Part shown: piece by piece, positions 59,709 to 64,000 of the stretch
Numbering within the stretch: position 1 is the first letter of the stretch
Layout: each line of letters opens with the position of its first letter
Source of the DNA: Planctomycetota bacterium
Lineage (GTDB): Bacteria; Planctomycetota; UBA1135; UBA2386
Direction of reading: 5' to 3'
Assembly (NCBI GenBank): GCA_965223545.1
Contig: OZ245006.1
Coordinates: 7,552,001 to 7,616,000 of the forward strand
Length of the DNA stretch: 64,000 nt
Made by a program: the position numbers and the translations under genes
The notes under the pieces: model-generated
Told to the model about the DNA's origin: nothing
Database searches by the model: none
What the model saw: only the letters and a program-made list of their open reading frames with translations

Positions 59709-61937
59709 CTACAGGCCGATCGTCACGCGCAGTCGGTTCGAGCCGGCGATTCCCGGCAGTGATGGGCACGGCGAGCTGCTGCCGCCGAGCGTGATCCACT
59801 GCACGTCGACGCTGGCGCCGAGGGCGTTGTAGAGTGCGCAGGAGATTGGCGACGGAACCTCGGCGCTGCCGCCGACCAGCGGGACGGGGACCGTGATCAG
59901 CTGGATCACGAAGGTGCAGCTGCCGCACGCGTAGGTGAGGTTCGGCAGACCCATGTAGAAGAGCGCGGTGGGCGCGGTTGGGTCGGCGCCGTCGAGTCGG
60001 TAGCGGAAGCTCGGATTGCCGACCGCGACCGGCCCGATCGTACTGGCAGTACCGCCACCCGTGCAGCCACCGCCGAGCGAAACGACCGGGCCACCAGGCC
60101 CGAGTGCCTCGAAACGCTGGGCCTGGAGCGAGGTCGACAGACTCGTGCTGGCGACGCTGGAGAACACCACCAGGGCCTCGTCGCCCTTGCCGCCACCGTG
60201 GAACTCCGAGGCGATCGCGGGGTGCGCGTCGTAGGCGCCGACCGCACTGCCGACCACCGCCTCGTCGCCACAGGCCGCGCACGCCGGGCTGAACGCCCGT
60301 AAACGCAGGTCGTAGTCGAGAAACCCGACTCCTTCGCGAGACCAGGCGATCAGATACTTGGTGCCGAGCCAGGCCACCGCCGGAGTTCGTTCGTCGACCG
60401 TCGGGTTGGCGGCGATCGCCACCGGCGCCGCCGCCAGCAGGCGACTGCCGTTCCAGGACAGCGGCGTGCCGATCACGTCGCCCGACAGAGAGGTCGGTAG
60501 CGACAGCTCGCGGTAGACCAGGACGAAGCTGCGGCCGTCTCCGTCGACCGCGGGGGTCGACGCCAGACCGCTCGTCGTCACCGTCGTGGCTGGTGACAAC
60601 GCGGCGAGGTCGCGGTCGAACAGGCGCGCACCGACATCACCGGCCGACGACCGCCAGGCCACGACAAAGCGCCCGAGAACGCCGCCGGAACGGCTGATGC
60701 ACGCGTCACCGGCGCCCGGGTCGGCGACCAGCAAGCTGTCGCTCAGCACCATCGGCGGCGAGATCACGGTCGGGAAGTTGAGTCGCAGCTGGATCTGCGC
60801 GCCGCGCACGCCTTCACCGGGTCGCGTCCACACCAGCACCACGTCGTCGTCAACCACCGTCACCTCGCTGCCGAGAGCCGGCTCGACGTCCTGCGCGCTC
60901 GCCTGCGTGACCTGCACGATGATCGACCGTTGGCCGTCACCTTCCACGCCCCGCACCCACAGGTCCCAGGGTCCGAACGGGGATGCCGCCTCCTGCCAAA
61001 CGACCGCGAAGCGGCCCGACTGTGCGACGAAGGCGGCGGTGGGCGAAGTCGACAGCGCGGTGTTGTTGGCGTCGATGCGCAGCAGGCCGGTCAGCGGTGC
61101 GCCGCTGGGGTCCACGATCAGGCCGCGAACCTCCGCCGACGTCGCCGCGAGTCGCCGGCTCCAGACGACGAGGTAGCGGCCGGACCGCGCGTTGCACGCA
61201 ATGTCCGGCTCCGTGTCACCGGCTGTCGCGCTGATCGAGAACACGGTCGAGATCAGCGGGTCCAGCTCCAGCGGGAACGCCGCCGCCTCGACCGCGGCGG
61301 CCGGCAGGCGCAGCTCCAGCAGCCCGTCGCGCCACGCCATCGCCATTGGCCAGCGCCGTCCCGTGGCATCGACCGCGACGGCGCGTCCGATGTCGACGCC
61401 CACCCCGGGCCGGGCTCGCAACGCCAGACCGGCGTCGCACCGGCCTGCCGGCGGCGCGGCCAGGGTCGAGCCGACGCGGACCAGGGCCACGAGGTCGCCA
61501 TCCCCCGGGGGCCGGGCTGCCAGCTCGACCGCGTGCTTGAGGCCGTCGCTACGCACTTCGAACGTCTCGGTCACGCGCGCCGTGTGCCGGTAGTGCACGC
61601 GGCGGTCTCCGGCCCGGGCCGGCTTGCTGTCGGAGCCCCAGCTCGCGACCGTCCGCTCGCCGCGGCGCAGCTGCACGAGCCCGACCTCGATGGCGTGCAG
61701 CTCTGCCTCGGCGGGCAACGCCGGCACGAATCTCGCCCCGGACGAGGTGAATTCGACGCTGTAGTCGGGTCCACCTCCGGCAAGGCCCACCTCTTCCGAC
61801 CAGATGCCGCAGGCGTCGGCGATGGCGTCCCGTGCGGCATGCGGCGGCGGCTCGGCGGTGGTGGGCGTGGGTTGTGCGGCCAGGCTCGCCGCCGCGGCGA
61901 GCGAGAGGGCACAGACAAGGAACGTGTCGCGAGTCAT
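59709..61937 (-). CDS. Exported multidomain protein (N-terminal FPLELDP-ending domain, propeller-like repeats, C-terminal module)
   Basis: Signal peptide ending SLAAQ; repeats P-x-[IV]-A...[YF]-[LA]-V-V-W; ATGA overlap with the upstream gene. Confidence 0.8.
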   Translation of the reverse strand: MTRDTFLVCALSLAAAASLAAQPTPTTAEPPPHAARDAIADACGIWSEEVGLAGGGPDYSVEFTSSGARFVPALPAEAELHAIEVGLVQLRRGERTVASWGSDSKPARAGDRRVHYRHTARVTETFEVRSDGLKHAVELAARPPGDGDLVALVRVGSTLAAPPAGRCDAGLALRARPGVGVDIGRAVAVDATGRRWPMAMAWRDGLLELRLPAAAVEAAAFPLELDPLISTVFSISATAGDTEPDIACNARSGRYLVVWSRRLAATSAEVRGLIVDPSGAPLTGLLRIDANNTALSTSPTAAFVAQSGRFAVVWQEAASPFGPWDLWVRGVEGDGQRSIIVQVTQASAQDVEPALGSEVTVVDDDVVLVWTRPGEGVRGAQIQLRLNFPTVISPPMVLSDSLLVADPGAGDACISRSGGVLGRFVVAWRSSAGDVGARLFDRDLAALSPATTVTTSGLASTPAVDGDGRSFVLVYRELSLPTSLSGDVIGTPLSWNGSRLLAAAPVAIAANPTVDERTPAVAWLGTKYLIAWSREGVGFLDYDLRLRAFSPACAACGDEAVVGSAVGAYDAHPAIASEFHGGGKGDEALVVFSSVASTSLSTSLQAQRFEALGPGGPVVSLGGGCTGGGTASTIGPVAVGNPSFRYRLDGADPTAPTALFYMGLPNLTYACGSCTFVIQLITVPVPLVGGSAEVPSPISCALYNALGASVDVQWITLGGSSSPCPSLPGIAGSNRLRVTIGL

Positions 61938-63475
61938 TGGATGGTCACCTCCAGCGCGTTGGACAAGTCCGCCCCCAGCGGCGAACACGTGTTGCCGATG
62001 CGCAGCAACGCCCATTGCGTGTAGAACGTCACGCCGCGCAGCGAGGCGAACGGCGGCATCGCGATCGGCACCTCTTTGAAGCTGGTAATGCCGGTCCCCT
62101 TGATCACCGCGATGCCCACCGCCGGGTCTGGTACCAGGACGCAACCGCTGCACGGCGCATCGAGCCGCCGCGGACTCACCAGCAAGACTCCGCGGGTGAA
62201 GATGTCGATGTCGTGTCGCGCGCGGAGGGTGAACGCCGCATGGTCAGCCCGGGCGCACGATGCGAAGGCCTCACCACCCAGACCGCAGCCTCCGCCCAGG
62301 TCGCGCGAGACGCCGTCGGAGACGAACAGCGTGCGGGCCTGAATCGCAGTCGTGTTGTTGTCGCCCTCGGCCCAGACGAACAGTGCCCGGCTGGCGTCAC
62401 CACCGCCGCCATTGGCGGCGGACGACGCGCCGAACACGGTGTCGTTCTGGTCCTGTTCGAGGGCGAATTGGGGCTCGCACAGCTCCACCGTGAAGGGGTC
62501 GGCCGACCGCGCGTACAAGTCTTGTTGGATGGAGAACGGCGGCGAGGACACATCGGCGATCGCAGCCGATCCGCCGAGCCAGCTGGCTGCCTTGGCAAAG
62601 GCGAACGGCGACGACGACAGGCCATTGGCCGTCTGTGCGACCGTACCCGTGCGTGGATCGAAGGTGATCGAGAACGCCGCGGCGCGCGCCGCGACGACCC
62701 AGGTGCGGCCGTCGCCATCGACACTGCCGATGGTGTCGGTCGCGATCGGGAACGGCGATGTCAATGGCGTGAGGTCCATCCCGCACACCATGCCGAACGC
62801 CCCCAGGGTGGTGGTCAGGCGCCGCCACACCACCAGCAGGCGACGGTGTGGCCCGCCGGTGTGCGCCACGCGGACGTCGAGCACGCGTCCGGAGATCGAC
62901 GCCAGCCGCTGCGAAGGGAACGCCGCCAGCGTGCCCGAACGACTGATCACGAGCAGCTTGGCGCGCATGATCGTGGTGCTGGAGCTGAGCTGGTCGGGAT
63001 ACACCGCCACTGCCGCGTCCGGTTGGTCTGCGGCTTCGCCCGCGACGTCGACCAGGTTCGGCGTGATCTGGTTGACGGTGGCGACGCTGACCGTGTTCGA
63101 CAGCGCGCCGTTGGCGAACACCGCCCGCGCCTTGATGATCCCCGGTTGCTCGGTCCAGACGACGACGAAGGCGTCGCGTTCGTTGATGTTGGCGACCACC
63201 GGCTGCACGTAGCCGCTGGTCGCCGCGACCCGAATCGAACCGGCGCCAAAGCCGGTGCCGTCATCGCGCACCAGGCGTGCGTGCACCCCGTCGGCAAACG
63301 ACCAGACCACCAGGTAGCGGTCGGAATCTCGGTCGTATGCGACATCGGGATGGCGCGGCTGGAACGCCGTGCGGCCGAACACGGCGAACTCGGGTCCGGT
63401 CACGGTTTGGGCAGGGGCGGTAGCGGCGACCGGAAGAGACGCGAGGCAGGCCGCGAGCAAGGCTCGATGCGACAT
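61934..63475 (-). CDS. Exported protein with propeller-like repeats and C-terminal module
   Basis: RBS AAGGAG; signal peptide ending APAQ; PDVAYDRDSDRYLVVWS-type repeats shared with the downstream gene. Confidence 0.8.
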   Translation of the reverse strand: MSHRALLAACLASLPVAATAPAQTVTGPEFAVFGRTAFQPRHPDVAYDRDSDRYLVVWSFADGVHARLVRDDGTGFGAGSIRVAATSGYVQPVVANINERDAFVVVWTEQPGIIKARAVFANGALSNTVSVATVNQITPNLVDVAGEAADQPDAAVAVYPDQLSSSTTIMRAKLLVISRSGTLAAFPSQRLASISGRVLDVRVAHTGGPHRRLLVVWRRLTTTLGAFGMVCGMDLTPLTSPFPIATDTIGSVDGDGRTWVVAARAAAFSITFDPRTGTVAQTANGLSSSPFAFAKAASWLGGSAAIADVSSPPFSIQQDLYARSADPFTVELCEPQFALEQDQNDTVFGASSAANGGGGDASRALFVWAEGDNNTTAIQARTLFVSDGVSRDLGGGCGLGGEAFASCARADHAAFTLRARHDIDIFTRGVLLVSPRRLDAPCSGCVLVPDPAVGIAVIKGTGITSFKEVPIAMPPFASLRGVTFYTQWALLRIGNTCSPLGADLSNALEVTIQ

Positions 63476-63627
63476 GTGGAGAGACTCCTTTGGCAAGGGG
63501 GGGCGTCGAGGCGGCCCTGCCAGGGAGAGCGACGGCGGCGGCTCGGGTGTTCGCGGTGCGCGCGGGATTTCCGCGGCGACCGGGCCCGACGCCCGCGGGT
63601 CGACGCGGCGAAGTGATGAACGGGAGC

Positions 63628-64000
63628 CTGACCTGAAACTCACCCAGCCTCGGCGATCGGTATGAGCTTGTACCCGAGGGATTTAGCGTTCTGTCGGAGT
63701 CCGACGATGCGTCGCTGGGTGAAGCGCTCCTCGTAGGCCTTGGCGCCTTCGTCTACGTAGTCCTGGCCGAACTTCAGCATGCGGTAGATGAGCAGGGCCA
63801 GTTTGCGGGCGATGGCAAAGATGGCGACGTTGCCGTCCTTCGCGCGGGCGATCTTGCGGAAGTGTGCGCCGAGAGCTGTCTGAGTACGTTGGAGGGACAG
63901 GGCGGCCATCCGGAGGACCGTGGCGATCCTGCTGACCGCGATGTTGTTGCGGTGCTTCTTGATGCGCTTTCCACCCGAGACGGCTTGACGTGGGCACAGG
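63628..64000 (-). mobile_element. IS110-family insertion sequence, right end (transposase 3' part 63640..63999)
   Basis: Frame open from the window edge: LCP..AVSGGK, LRMAALSL, AIARKLA.LIYRML, YVDEG..AYEERF match the IS110 C-terminal domain; lower GC; right boundary inferred. Confidence 0.88.

Noticed and set aside
61771..61780. CCACCTCCGG matching the tRNA-Leu 3' region (possible attR)
   Set aside because: Only 10 bp, inside an intact CDS, and no integrase in the window; compatible with chance.

Overview
A 64-kb window of high-GC (roughly 70% by eye) bacterial DNA. Its gene families (many HEAT/TPR solenoid proteins, Planctomycete-type ECF sigma factors, multi-PDZ RseP) suggest a Planctomycetota genome; this assignment is inference. 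The core holds housekeeping genes: tsaE (partial), cca, rseP, dxr, purM, galE, a PfkB kinase, recA, alaS, rpmF-plsX-fabH-fabG-acpP-fabF (no fabD), a ROK kinase, ddl and tRNA-Leu(CAA). Uncharacterised envelope genes are interspersed: an ECF sigma/anti-sigma pair, a TolC, several HEAT-repeat (lipo)proteins, two paralogous exported HEAT proteins each preceded by a sigma-54-like promoter, a LapB-HEAT fusion, DUF366 and a lower-GC ppk2. After the tRNA is an accessory region with a BoxD/PaaZ-type aldehyde dehydrogenase, four exported proteins, a WecG/TagA glycosyltransferase, YyaL, a GNAT, a second ECF sigma factor and the 3' end of an IS110 element. The best candidate for an undescribed system is a ~100-125 aa module ending in SN-x-[LVA]-x-[VL]-T-[IFL]. 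It is shared by four exported proteins with different passenger domains and looks like a protein-sorting or surface-anchoring domain. No CRISPR array or rRNA was seen. All assignments are by motif recognition, without database searches.
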